A DNA stretch of 64,000 nucleotides. Source: a virus. The notes under the pieces were generated by a model. The model searched no databases and had not been told where the DNA came from. It saw only the letters and a list, made by a program, of their open reading frames with translations. Below, piece by piece: positions 8,144-15,806 of the stretch (within the stretch, counting starts at the first letter, position 1; every line of letters starts with the position of its first letter). The stretch spans positions 1 to 64,000 of IMG/VR virus record IMGVR_UViG_3300045973_000434; one strand, 5' to 3'. A program made the translations under genes and the position numbers.

Positions 8144-8191
8144 AATAGGTGTAGGACTATAGTGTCCTATATGTATAATACATTAATTATA

Positions 8192-8596
8192 ATGACAAAC
8201 AAAGGAATTTTAACACTAGAACAAGAGAAGTATCTATCAGGGAAACTTGATGAAACAGTTAAACTGAAAGGTATTCCTGAATTTCTAGATGGTTTTATGT
8301 TTAAAGCAGTCATATCATTTCTTGATGATAATTATCTTGAGAAACTAGATGTGGAATTAAAAGCAAAACTAGGTAAACTAGTTGATGCTGTAATTGCTGA
8401 AGATGTACCTACAGCAGAAGAACTTGCTGCTGATATCGTCGCTTCCTTGGTAAGGATACCAGGACTTGAAGAAGACGAGAACGCACTTATGTTTAAGGGG
8501 GTCATCGAATTGTTAGTAGGGGTTATCCTGAAAGCTATCGCTGATAAGAAGGCTGCTAATGCAGCTGCCACAAAGACAGCTAAGGTAGTTAAGTAA
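8192..8596 (+). CDS. hypothetical helical protein (134 aa from first ATG)
   Basis: First ATG gives MTNKGILTLEQEKYL... The gene sits between its own promoter copy and a strong terminator, so it is a likely monocistronic, highly expressed unit. Confidence 0.6.
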   Translation: MTNKGILTLEQEKYLSGKLDETVKLKGIPEFLDGFMFKAVISFLDDNYLEKLDVELKAKLGKLVDAVIAEDVPTAEELAADIVASLVRIPGLEEDENALMFKGVIELLVGVILKAIADKKAANAAATKTAKVVK

Positions 8597-8618
8597 AGAA
8601 TATATCAAATACAAATAG

Positions 8619-8645
8619 AACCCACCCCACAAGGTGGGTTTTTTA
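8619..8645 (+). terminator. intrinsic terminator
   Basis: AACCCACC-ccacaa-GGTGGGTT (8-bp stem) followed by TTTT. Confidence 0.75.
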
Positions 8646-8655
8646 TTGTGTAAAT

Positions 8656-8683
8656 TGTAACATTTATATGATATATACGTATA
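8656..8683 (+). promoter_or_regulatory. promoter-like motif TGTAAC-N16-CGTATA (copy c)
   Basis: Exact match, 23 nt upstream of the ATG at 8707. Confidence 0.6.
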
Positions 8684-8706
8684 AAACAATATAAAACAAT
8701 AAGATT

Positions 8707-8928
8707 ATGCAGTTTATACAATTACATATGCAGGACTACTTCTATGCTAGGTTTGCATTTGACGAGCAAGACTTGTTATATTTACCAAAGGAAGTGTTAG
8801 CTGAAATTGAGGAAAAGAGTGAAGTGAACGAGTATGCCACATATGAGTGTGCAATACATATAAGGTGTGATGATGAAGTGGAATATAAAAAGCAATGTAT
8901 ATATTGGTTCAGTAAAATATTATGGTAA
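8707..8928 (+). CDS. hypothetical protein (73 aa)
   Basis: ATG ORF after promoter copy c. Confidence 0.5.
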   Translation: MQFIQLHMQDYFYARFAFDEQDLLYLPKEVLAEIEEKSEVNEYATYECAIHIRCDDEVEYKKQCIYWFSKILW

Positions 8929-9320
8929 TGGAAATGAAATTTTATAAACAAGAGGATGTAGACAAGCGTATACAATCTTTATTAGATAGTGGTGTATTAG
9001 TATACAATGCTAAGGAAGTATATAATACTAGGGACTGGTATGATGGTATATTACCAAAGATGTTGATACCAGAGTATACACCTGAAGATGTAACTATTAG
9101 GGCTGGTACTGGTATGGTGTTTATAGTACCTGTTAAACGTGATCATACATATGGTACATTTCAAACATCTATGACATATACAACTGGTGCTGCATATAGT
9201 TTTGGTGCATCGTATCCAAGGTATATAACAGCTTCTATGTCAACTGTATATCAGAGTAAAGATGACAAAGTTATTGTTTGGTTTAAAAATATGTTTAATA
9301 AGTTAAAAGATAAATTGTAA
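8922..9320 (+). CDS. hypothetical protein (132 aa)
   Basis: ATG ORF overlapping the upstream gene by 7 nt. Confidence 0.55.
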   Translation: MVMEMKFYKQEDVDKRIQSLLDSGVLVYNAKEVYNTRDWYDGILPKMLIPEYTPEDVTIRAGTGMVFIVPVKRDHTYGTFQTSMTYTTGAAYSFGASYPRYITASMSTVYQSKDDKVIVWFKNMFNKLKDKL

Positions 9321-9499
9321 TGGGTAGGAAGTCTCCAAATAGGCGTATGCTAGAATACAAGATAGAGAATTTTGAAATGAGTATTTTCAAATTAGGTTAT
9401 AGCATATGTAAAGAAGAAAGAGGACAGAGATGTAATGCAACACCAGACTGTGGTAAAGACAGGAGAATAGGTGGCATACGTTTGTGTTTTGAACGTTAA
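9320..9499 (+). CDS. small basic Cys-containing protein (59 aa, below ORF-track cutoff)
   Basis: Hand translation gives MGRKSPNRRMLEYKIENFEMSIFKLGYSICKEERGQRCNATPDCGKDRRIGGIRLCFER, with a TAATG overlap to the upstream stop. Confidence 0.4.
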   Translation: MGRKSPNRRMLEYKIENFEMSIFKLGYSICKEERGQRCNATPDCGKDRRIGGIRLCFER

Positions 9500-9512
9500 T
9501 AAATAATTAAAT

Positions 9513-9995
9513 ATGAAGAAAATAGACGATCTAATTAATGAATGCCGTATGTTTATACCACTTGATGGTCGAGTGTTAATACATGCGTTGAAGATCAGGC
9601 AGATAAAACAAGAGGACTACTCTTTTGATGTAGCTGACACAAAGGCTAACGAAGGTAAAGATCCAAGTAAACATAGGGTTGACTTAAAGAAGATTCAGCC
9701 TAAGATTAATGCTAAGTACCAAAAGGCTGTAGTGTTACAGGTACCTTTTGATGAATCACGGTTTAAAGTAGGTGATACAATCTTATATCCAATGGGGGCA
9801 TCTCAGTTGTTTGATGTAGTTAAAGGTGTATCAGTTTTACGTAAGTATGACGTAGTAGCTGTGGTAATTAATAATGAAATAAATGAATCTGAACAAGAAA
9901 TGGCAGAGGGATCTACTACGACTAGAGGCAAAGTGTGGATCAATGATAGTGCAAATTTGGCAGGGTTTACTAGTACTACTCCATCTAAGGCGTAG
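9513..9995 (+). CDS. possible GroES/gp31-like co-chaperonin (160 aa)
   Basis: IPLDGRVLIHALK near the N-terminus and KAVVLQVP...FKVGDTILYP...KYDVVAVV resemble GroES landmarks (PLxDRVlv ... vkvGDxVly ... DilAvi), with a long mobile-loop-like insert. This is motif-level evidence only. Confidence 0.35.
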   Translation: MKKIDDLINECRMFIPLDGRVLIHALKIRQIKQEDYSFDVADTKANEGKDPSKHRVDLKKIQPKINAKYQKAVVLQVPFDESRFKVGDTILYPMGASQLFDVVKGVSVLRKYDVVAVVINNEINESEQEMAEGSTTTRGKVWINDSANLAGFTSTTPSKA

Positions 9996-10065
9996 GCGCA
10001 CATGGCATTGGCCATGGCAACATTCCTTCGAACCAAGTGGTTGGCGTTCTAATGAAGTCTTCCTA

Positions 10066-10239
10066 ATGTTATACGAGTACTTATCGAAGGGTGGTTGTGC
10101 AGACTTTACGGAAACAATAGTATTAGCAAATGATCCAGATGAACCATGGTGTGTAGATCCTATAAGTCATTTAACCTTCTATAATGGTGATGAAGTTAGG
10201 GAACCGATGATAATCGGCAATGCTGATTTACTATGCTAA
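10066..10239 (+). CDS. hypothetical protein (57 aa from internal ATG)
   Basis: The track ORF 9883..10239 overlaps the preceding gene for 113 nt with an implausible Arg/Trp-rich N-terminus. The ATG at 10066 gives MLYEYLSKGGCADF... Confidence 0.35.
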   Translation: MLYEYLSKGGCADFTETIVLANDPDEPWCVDPISHLTFYNGDEVREPMIIGNADLLC

Positions 10240-10257
10240 AATATTTATTGAAAATAA

Positions 10258-10285
10258 TGAAACCTTTTTTAAAACATTTCGTTTA
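10258..10285 (+). promoter_or_regulatory. degenerate promoter-like motif TGAAAC-N16-CGTTTA (copy d)
   Basis: One mismatch in the upstream hexamer with exact 16-nt spacing. The spacer (CCTTTTTTAAAACATTT) resembles that of copy e (CCTTTTTGAAATCTGTT). Confidence 0.45.
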
Positions 10286-10676
10286 AGTGGTATGACTCCC
10301 AAATAGGGAGGCAGAAAGCTAGAGTAGTTTAGGGCCTACCACCGAGAAAATTGGTACAGGGATTGAGAGTAGGATAAGTTTTAAGATAGCTGGAGAGCGC
10401 TTAAATAAGAGGGACTAAGAAATATGACCCGACTAAATTGCTTAAACTGGATGCTCATTAAACTGAGTTTTATCAAGGAATAACCTTTTCTTGGGGAACT
10501 CATCTATTCAGATAACTTAAAGAATACAGTTAAAGAGGTCTAAGTATTTAATAAAGTGAAGTACAAAAAAAATATGTGAAAAAAATAATATAGGTAAGCA
10601 TCCTCCTTAGGGAGAGTTTTTTATAAGTTGATTTCTATTATTTACGGGGGAGGGGCGCAAGCCTCTCTCTTTTTTT
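10286..10676 (+). ncRNA. candidate non-coding RNA (~390 nt), class unknown
   Basis: No ORF of 60 aa or more on either strand. The unit is bracketed by promoter copy d and an intrinsic terminator. GC is raised. Hairpins are CTCCC-aaata-GGGAG (10296-10310) and CTCC-ttag-GGAG (~10603-10614). Confidence 0.4.
10647..10676 (+). terminator. intrinsic terminator
   Basis: GAGGGGC-GCAA-GCCTCTC stem (one G.U pair, GNRA loop) followed by a T7 run. Confidence 0.7.
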
Positions 10677-10703
10677 GTAACCTTTTTGAAATCTGTTCGT
10701 ATA
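10676..10703 (+). promoter_or_regulatory. promoter-like motif TGTAAC-N16-CGTATA (copy e)
   Basis: Exact match starting in the terminator T-run, 30 nt upstream of the ATG at 10734. Confidence 0.6.
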
Positions 10704-10733
10704 ATAGGTTAGTAATAATTAAAAACAAATATT

Positions 10734-10937
10734 ATGTGTAATTATTTTTGTGTATGCAATAACTGTCCTTTTGTAAAGAAGTGCAATGTCGTCGAAGATC
10801 GGCCACAGACAAAGAATGTAAGACGTGAAGAATCAGGTAATTGGGTTGTTGAACTTCGTGGCTTCAGGGAAGTCAAAGAAGTAAAAGAAGAAAAGAAATC
10901 CAATAATACTCGTATAATCGATATTTATTTATTCTAA
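10734..10937 (+). CDS. small Cys-rich protein (67 aa)
   Basis: N-terminus is MCNYFCVCNNCPFVKKC; the C-terminus is charged. Confidence 0.5.
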   Translation: MCNYFCVCNNCPFVKKCNVVEDRPQTKNVRREESGNWVVELRGFREVKEVKEEKKSNNTRIIDIYLF

Positions 10938-11152
10938 TGGAAAAATATAGTTTTTTATATTTTGTATTTCAAATCTTATCTGTTATGGCTGGCTTTGTTA
11001 TAGGCTCTTTTCTATGGGGCCTAGTTTCTAAAAAGAAACCTACACAAGTAGTATATCAATTGGATATGTCTCTCATGAATGAGAGTGAGTCACTAGACCA
11101 GTTTATTATGCGTGCTTTTAATGAGGGTTTAGGCAGTTATAGAATTGTTTAA
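10937..11152 (+). CDS. small membrane protein (71 aa)
   Basis: Hydrophobic stretch FLYFVFQILSVMAGFVIGSFLWGLV, with a TAATG overlap to the upstream gene. Confidence 0.5.
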   Translation: MEKYSFLYFVFQILSVMAGFVIGSFLWGLVSKKKPTQVVYQLDMSLMNESESLDQFIMRAFNEGLGSYRIV

Positions 11153-11227
11153 TATTAAATAATAAGAAAATGAAAAGTACAAAATCGACAAAGAAGCCAA
11201 TGAAAAAAGGCGGAAAAAAATGTTAAT

Positions 11228-11515
11228 ATGTCTGACATAATAATGAAGGACCCTGAGTTTGGGTATACTATCAGGTATACCCCCTCTGAGGGTTTTATAG
11301 ATTGGGAAGTCTCCAACGAAGATGGGGATGTCCTTATGATAGGTAAATTTGATTCTAAGGATTATTATAAATCAGTGTTTACCTTAGTTCCTTCTAATGT
11401 GGAGGAAAATATTTATGAGAATCTGTTTTATCTCTACTTCGAAAATATCAAACTTAAGTGTATAGATATGGTAGAAGGAGATGAATCAATTGGTGATGAA
11501 GATTATGATAAATAA
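11228..11515 (+). CDS. hypothetical acidic protein (95 aa)
   Basis: ATG ORF, rich in D/E. Confidence 0.5.
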   Translation: MSDIIMKDPEFGYTIRYTPSEGFIDWEVSNEDGDVLMIGKFDSKDYYKSVFTLVPSNVEENIYENLFYLYFENIKLKCIDMVEGDESIGDEDYDK

Positions 11516-11543
11516 TGTAACTTTTTTATAAGTTATACGTATA
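11516..11543 (+). promoter_or_regulatory. promoter-like motif TGTAAC-N16-CGTATA (copy f)
   Basis: Exact match, 32 nt upstream of the ATG at 11576. Confidence 0.6.
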
Positions 11544-11575
11544 AGTATATAGTTGTAAAATTAATAAAATAAAGA

Positions 11576-11872
11576 ATGAATGAAGTTTGGCTTTTTCACA
11601 ATAAAAGTGAAGTAAGGGAAAAAAGAAGAGTAGGTGATATAGTATATGCATTTACAAATTGGGGAATAGTAAAAGGTAAGATTGTTAAAGAAAGAATTGA
11701 TAGGAATTCTGGTATACCACAGTATAAACTTAACATAGTAGTTGATAAGAACAATGAGGATGTTGATTATAACTTTTGGTACACAACAGAACAGCTAAGC
11801 AAAACTAAGTTTACAGCAATTATGTCTGAACTAGTTAGACCAATGAAAGTTAAGAGTATAAATAAAGCATAA
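11576..11872 (+). CDS. hypothetical protein (98 aa)
   Basis: ATG ORF after promoter copy f. Confidence 0.5.
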   Translation: MNEVWLFHNKSEVREKRRVGDIVYAFTNWGIVKGKIVKERIDRNSGIPQYKLNIVVDKNNEDVDYNFWYTTEQLSKTKFTAIMSELVRPMKVKSINKA

Positions 11873-11883
11873 TAAGCAAAAAC

Positions 11884-12465
11884 ATGTATAAGAAGAGCGA
11901 ATCTTACGATAAGAAATTTCCAACAGTAATGGTACTTGAAAACCTACTTGGAGCAGATGAAGGTACAATTTTAAAGTTTGACCCATTCTCTGGCAAGTAT
12001 GTATCTGTTGTTGAAGAAGAGGAAATAAGTGATGATTATTTTTATTCAGGATCTGCAATTGCAATTGATCCTTATATAGTTCAAGATAATATAGGTGTGT
12101 TATTTACACACATTGATCAGGCTCCAAGCGATACTGCTGAACAAGAAGAGAAAGAATTTATTGAGGAAACTAATAAAATGGCAGAAGCAAAACCTGTAAA
12201 AACAGAAACAAATGGCCAAGAACCTGAACAAGATTATGAATACAAAAAAGTACATACTCTAGTTGTAGACTGTGAATGTGGTCATAGAAATTTTATTGAT
12301 GCTATAGATGCACCTGGTATTAATGTAACATTAATGGCAGAGGATGAAACAAGTTTTATAGAATTACATTGTAAAGAATGTGGTTCTAATCTTAAGTTGT
12401 GGTTTGCCCCCTCAGAAGAATTAACAAAAGGGACAAATGAACCTACTAAAGAAAAAAGTAAGTAA
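11884..12465 (+). CDS. hypothetical protein with C-terminal zinc ribbon (193 aa)
   Basis: CECGHRN ... CKECGSN pairs in the C-terminal third; the middle is acidic. Confidence 0.55.
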   Translation: MYKKSESYDKKFPTVMVLENLLGADEGTILKFDPFSGKYVSVVEEEEISDDYFYSGSAIAIDPYIVQDNIGVLFTHIDQAPSDTAEQEEKEFIEETNKMAEAKPVKTETNGQEPEQDYEYKKVHTLVVDCECGHRNFIDAIDAPGINVTLMAEDETSFIELHCKECGSNLKLWFAPSEELTKGTNEPTKEKSK

Positions 12466-12784
12466 GAGCATACTCTTCTCTGAGTATACAAAAATACTAA
12501 ATGGGGTACTTCAGCTTTCCAATAGGGAGGCTGAGGTTTTCTCATTTTTACTACAGAAAGATTCTGTAGGGGATTCCACAAACATAAATACTAAAGAGAT
12601 TAGGGCTGAGATTATAAAAACATATAATATCAGTGAAGCTAATTTAAGTAGGTATTTAGGTGTGATAAAGAATAAAGGTCTAATCATTAGAGGGCAAACC
12701 GGTAAATGGGTAATTAATGATTTAGTTAGACCTGTTATTAAAGATAACGTATTTGAATTAAAGTTTGTATTGGAGATAGAGTAA
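12437..12784 (+). CDS. possible winged-helix DNA-binding protein (115 aa)
   Basis: LSNREAEVFSFLLQ ... ISEANLSRYLGVIKNKGLIIRG resembles a MarR/wHTH recognition helix plus wing. Confidence 0.35.
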   Translation: MNLLKKKVSKSILFSEYTKILNGVLQLSNREAEVFSFLLQKDSVGDSTNINTKEIRAEIIKTYNISEANLSRYLGVIKNKGLIIRGQTGKWVINDLVRPVIKDNVFELKFVLEIE

Positions 12785-13164
12785 TGTTATATCAAGATGT
12801 TTTAATAAGAGACTTAGCAGCAAAATATAAAAAAGATCCTAGAATAATTGAAGCAATTGTTTATTCTCCTTTGAAATTTTCCAAAAGGGTATTTGAAAAC
12901 CCTAAAGACAATCGTCCAGTAAGGATTAAATATTTTGGTGTATTCGTACAGAAACCTATATTTAATAAAGATACTAGGATGAAAAAGTTGATAGAAGATC
13001 TTAGGAAAGATATAGTTAAGACTACTTTTGTAATGGTCAATGTTTTAGGTTTCCCCGTTTTAAATTCTGAATCTGTAAAAAATATCATCAATCTTGCAGA
13101 AGAAACAGATGATTATGAAAAGATTAGAATGATATGGGATGCTGTACAAGAAAGTAATAAGTAA
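12784..13164 (+). CDS. possible HU/IHF-like DNA-binding protein (126 aa)
   Basis: An N-terminal helical pair is followed by PVRIKYFGVFVQK, which resembles the HU v.l.GFG.F motif. crAss-like phages are known to encode IHF-like proteins. Confidence 0.35.
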   Translation: MLYQDVLIRDLAAKYKKDPRIIEAIVYSPLKFSKRVFENPKDNRPVRIKYFGVFVQKPIFNKDTRMKKLIEDLRKDIVKTTFVMVNVLGFPVLNSESVKNIINLAEETDDYEKIRMIWDAVQESNK

Positions 13165-13754
13165 TGAAATTATATGATATTGTAAACGGGAAGGTTGTCA
13201 TGAACCCCCAGTCTTTGGCCATGCCAGAGTTTCGCTATTTATGGGATAGGGATAATGATATAGACAAAGATAATGCTGTAAGGGAGATTTCTTATATAGT
13301 GTTTCTTTGTGATGATTCATTAGCTAATCCATACAGGGCATATAAAGAAGGCGATAGGGAGGAAGTCCTTAGGCGAGATTTTATAAAAAATATGAAATGG
13401 AAAGCTGATAAACACATAGCAGTTGCCATTAAAAAATATGTAGAAGCAACTCAAACAACTAACTCAAGGTTGTTAAAAGCTGCTAAAAACGCTGCTGAAA
13501 AGTTAGCTGGCTACTTCGATATGATTGACTTCAATGAAGTTGACAAGGATGGTAAGCCAATGTTCTCTGCTAAAGAACTTGCTAGTAACTTAGCTGCAGT
13601 AGGTAATATTGTTAAATCCTTACACCAACTTGAAGAGATGGTTAAGAAAGAACAACTAGAGACTAACACAGTACGTGGTGGTGGGGAAATTGGTTTTTAT
13701 GAACTACCAAGACGTGACTTTGATTATGGAGATGGGATAGATGAAGACGTATAA
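13164..13754 (+). CDS. hypothetical protein (196 aa); small-terminase candidate by position only
   Basis: It lies immediately upstream of TerL and overlaps it by 14 nt. The sequence is helical and charged. Confidence 0.5.
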   Translation: MKLYDIVNGKVVMNPQSLAMPEFRYLWDRDNDIDKDNAVREISYIVFLCDDSLANPYRAYKEGDREEVLRRDFIKNMKWKADKHIAVAIKKYVEATQTTNSRLLKAAKNAAEKLAGYFDMIDFNEVDKDGKPMFSAKELASNLAAVGNIVKSLHQLEEMVKKEQLETNTVRGGGEIGFYELPRRDFDYGDGIDEDV

Positions 13755-15804
13755 AATACATGTCGTAAAAGAAACAAACGCTGACAAATTTAGACCGGCA
13801 GCTTTAAAATTTGAAAAGAATAATTATTATACTTCAGCCCCTCCTGGGACCACAGCGTTCATGGAGTTTTGGGATGAGGAATTAGGCAGGTGTATTCATG
13901 GATATACTACACCAGATGGGGAGTACATAACAGGGTACTTCTATTTTTATTTAAACTACTCTCGTATTATAAAGACGGAGGAAGTTAAAAAAATGCAACC
14001 CAATGGTAAAATGAAAACCATTGTACGAAGACTTGAATCTTTCCCAAGGTATTACGATTACGATAGAGCTTATTTCGAAGCAATTGAAGAAGCTGAAGTT
14101 AATGGTAGACACCTTGTGGTTATCAAAAAAAGGGGTGCAGGGTATTCGTACAAAGGAGGATCAATGATGTGTAGGAATTTTTATTGTATTCCTAGGTCAA
14201 AATCATATGCTATAGCATCAGAAGCAGAGTTCTTAACAAAGGACGGACTGCTTACAAAAGCTTGGGAAATGATGAGCTTCATTGACGTTAACACTGCTTT
14301 TGGTAAGAAAAGACAGAAAAAAGATACAGCCATGCATAAGCGAGCTTCTTATGTAGTGGATGATGATACATATGGAATCAAGTCTGAACAAGGCTGGGGT
14401 TCTGAAATTATGGGTGTTAGTTTGAAAAACGACGCTCAAAAAGCTAGGGGAAAAAGAGGTAAATTAATTCTATGGGAGGAAGCTGGTAAGTTTCCAAACT
14501 TAAAAGAAGCGTGGCAGATTGCTAGGCCGTCTGTAGAAGACGGTACAGTTGCTTTCGGGTTAATGATAGCATATGGAACTGGTGGTACAGAAGACGCTGA
14601 CTATGAAGGTTTAAAACAATTGTTTTATGAACCGGATGGGTATAACGCCCTCCCAATTGAAAATGAATGGGACGAGAGTGCAAGCGGCACAGCCTGTGGA
14701 TTTTTTGTACCTCAGTACTATAACATGGAAGGTACTGATAAATTTGGTATAATAGAAGAAGGTAGGAAGTTTATGGACGAGAATGGTAACTCTGATATTG
14801 AGTTTACCAAGAAATATTGTCTAATAGAAAGGGACAAGATTATCAATAGTTCTAGTGATAAAACCTCTATAGATAGGTATATTGCTGAACGTCCTTTCAA
14901 TCCACTTGAAGCTACTCTACAAATACATGGTAATATATTCCCTAAAAAAGATTTAATACGGCACTTAGCCGCGATAAGAAACTCTGAAAAACTAAGGGAT
15001 TTTAAACAAGTTGGTGATTTATACTTTGATTCAAACGGCAAAGTAAAATGGGAGATATCTACTCATTTAAAAGATTTAACTAAATATAGATTGGGCCCAG
15101 GGGATGATCCTAGCGGTGCAATAGTTATTTGGGAACACCCGGCTGAGGACATCCCTTACGGCCTATATATAATAGGTTGTGACCCTTATGATCACGATCA
15201 ATCAGGTACTAACTCTTTAGGCTCTGCAATTGTATATAAAAGATTTCAAGGATTTGAAGAATACTATGATTTACCAGTTGCAGAATATACTGGTAGGCCA
15301 GACACAGCAGATGAATTTTATGATAAAGTAAGGTTACTATCTGTTTATTTTAATGCAAAGATATTATATGAAAACGAAAAAAAGGGTTTGTTTGATTATA
15401 TGTCTAGGAAAAATTGTGAATACCTTTTAGCTGATCAACCTGATATCATCAAAGATATTGTTAAGGATAGTACAGTTAAAAGAGGCAAGGGAATACATAT
15501 GGTAGCTGGTATTAAAGATTGGGGAGAAGGTGCAATCAAAGACTGGTTAATAACTGAATATGCTCCAGGTAGACGTAATCTAACAAAGGTTTTTTCAGAA
15601 CCCTTACTGGAAGAACTTATTGCTTATAATACAAGTGGTAACTTCGATAGAGTGATGGCCTTCATGATGGTTATTATTTATATCAGAGAATTACATCACG
15701 TAACTGTGAAACAAAAAAGGGAGTTCGAAAAGAAATCATTATTCCGGGATAAACTATTCGAACTTGATAATGACAATTATTTTAATAAATTTAAATCAAT
15801 TTAA
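13741..15804 (+). CDS. terL: terminase large subunit (687 aa)
   Basis: It has a Walker-A-like KKRGAGYSYKG, a Walker-B-like KLILWEEAG, and a nuclease-domain Asp cluster IIGCDPYDHD. Size and position directly upstream of the portal gene fit TerL. Confidence 0.8.
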   Translation: MKTYKIHVVKETNADKFRPAALKFEKNNYYTSAPPGTTAFMEFWDEELGRCIHGYTTPDGEYITGYFYFYLNYSRIIKTEEVKKMQPNGKMKTIVRRLESFPRYYDYDRAYFEAIEEAEVNGRHLVVIKKRGAGYSYKGGSMMCRNFYCIPRSKSYAIASEAEFLTKDGLLTKAWEMMSFIDVNTAFGKKRQKKDTAMHKRASYVVDDDTYGIKSEQGWGSEIMGVSLKNDAQKARGKRGKLILWEEAGKFPNLKEAWQIARPSVEDGTVAFGLMIAYGTGGTEDADYEGLKQLFYEPDGYNALPIENEWDESASGTACGFFVPQYYNMEGTDKFGIIEEGRKFMDENGNSDIEFTKKYCLIERDKIINSSSDKTSIDRYIAERPFNPLEATLQIHGNIFPKKDLIRHLAAIRNSEKLRDFKQVGDLYFDSNGKVKWEISTHLKDLTKYRLGPGDDPSGAIVIWEHPAEDIPYGLYIIGCDPYDHDQSGTNSLGSAIVYKRFQGFEEYYDLPVAEYTGRPDTADEFYDKVRLLSVYFNAKILYENEKKGLFDYMSRKNCEYLLADQPDIIKDIVKDSTVKRGKGIHMVAGIKDWGEGAIKDWLITEYAPGRRNLTKVFSEPLLEELIAYNTSGNFDRVMAFMMVIIYIRELHHVTVKQKREFEKKSLFRDKLFELDNDNYFNKFKSI

Positions 15805-15806
15805 AC

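Noticed and set aside
8105-8191. The TTG-initiated N-terminal extension of ORF 8105..8596. Similar non-ATG extensions occur at 4217-4297, 2998-3048, 35162-35170 and 37057-37134.
   Set aside because: The extensions start at TTG or GTG. In the 8105 case the extension contains a promoter-motif copy and a hairpin. The first in-frame ATG gives a non-overlapping, sensible gene.
9883-10065. The N-terminal 61 codons of track ORF 9883..10239, overlapping the GroES-like gene.
   Set aside because: The Arg/Trp-rich sequence (HLRRRRTWHWPWQ) looks like out-of-frame translation of the upstream gene. I truncated the gene to the ATG at 10066, and even that call has low confidence.
11169-11240. A tiny basic ORF (MKSTKSTKKPMKKGGKKLLICLT, 23 aa) in the gap before 11228.
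   Set aside because: It is too short to support from sequence alone. It runs through an A-rich tract where my nucleotide count is error-prone, and it overlaps the next start. I did not annotate it.
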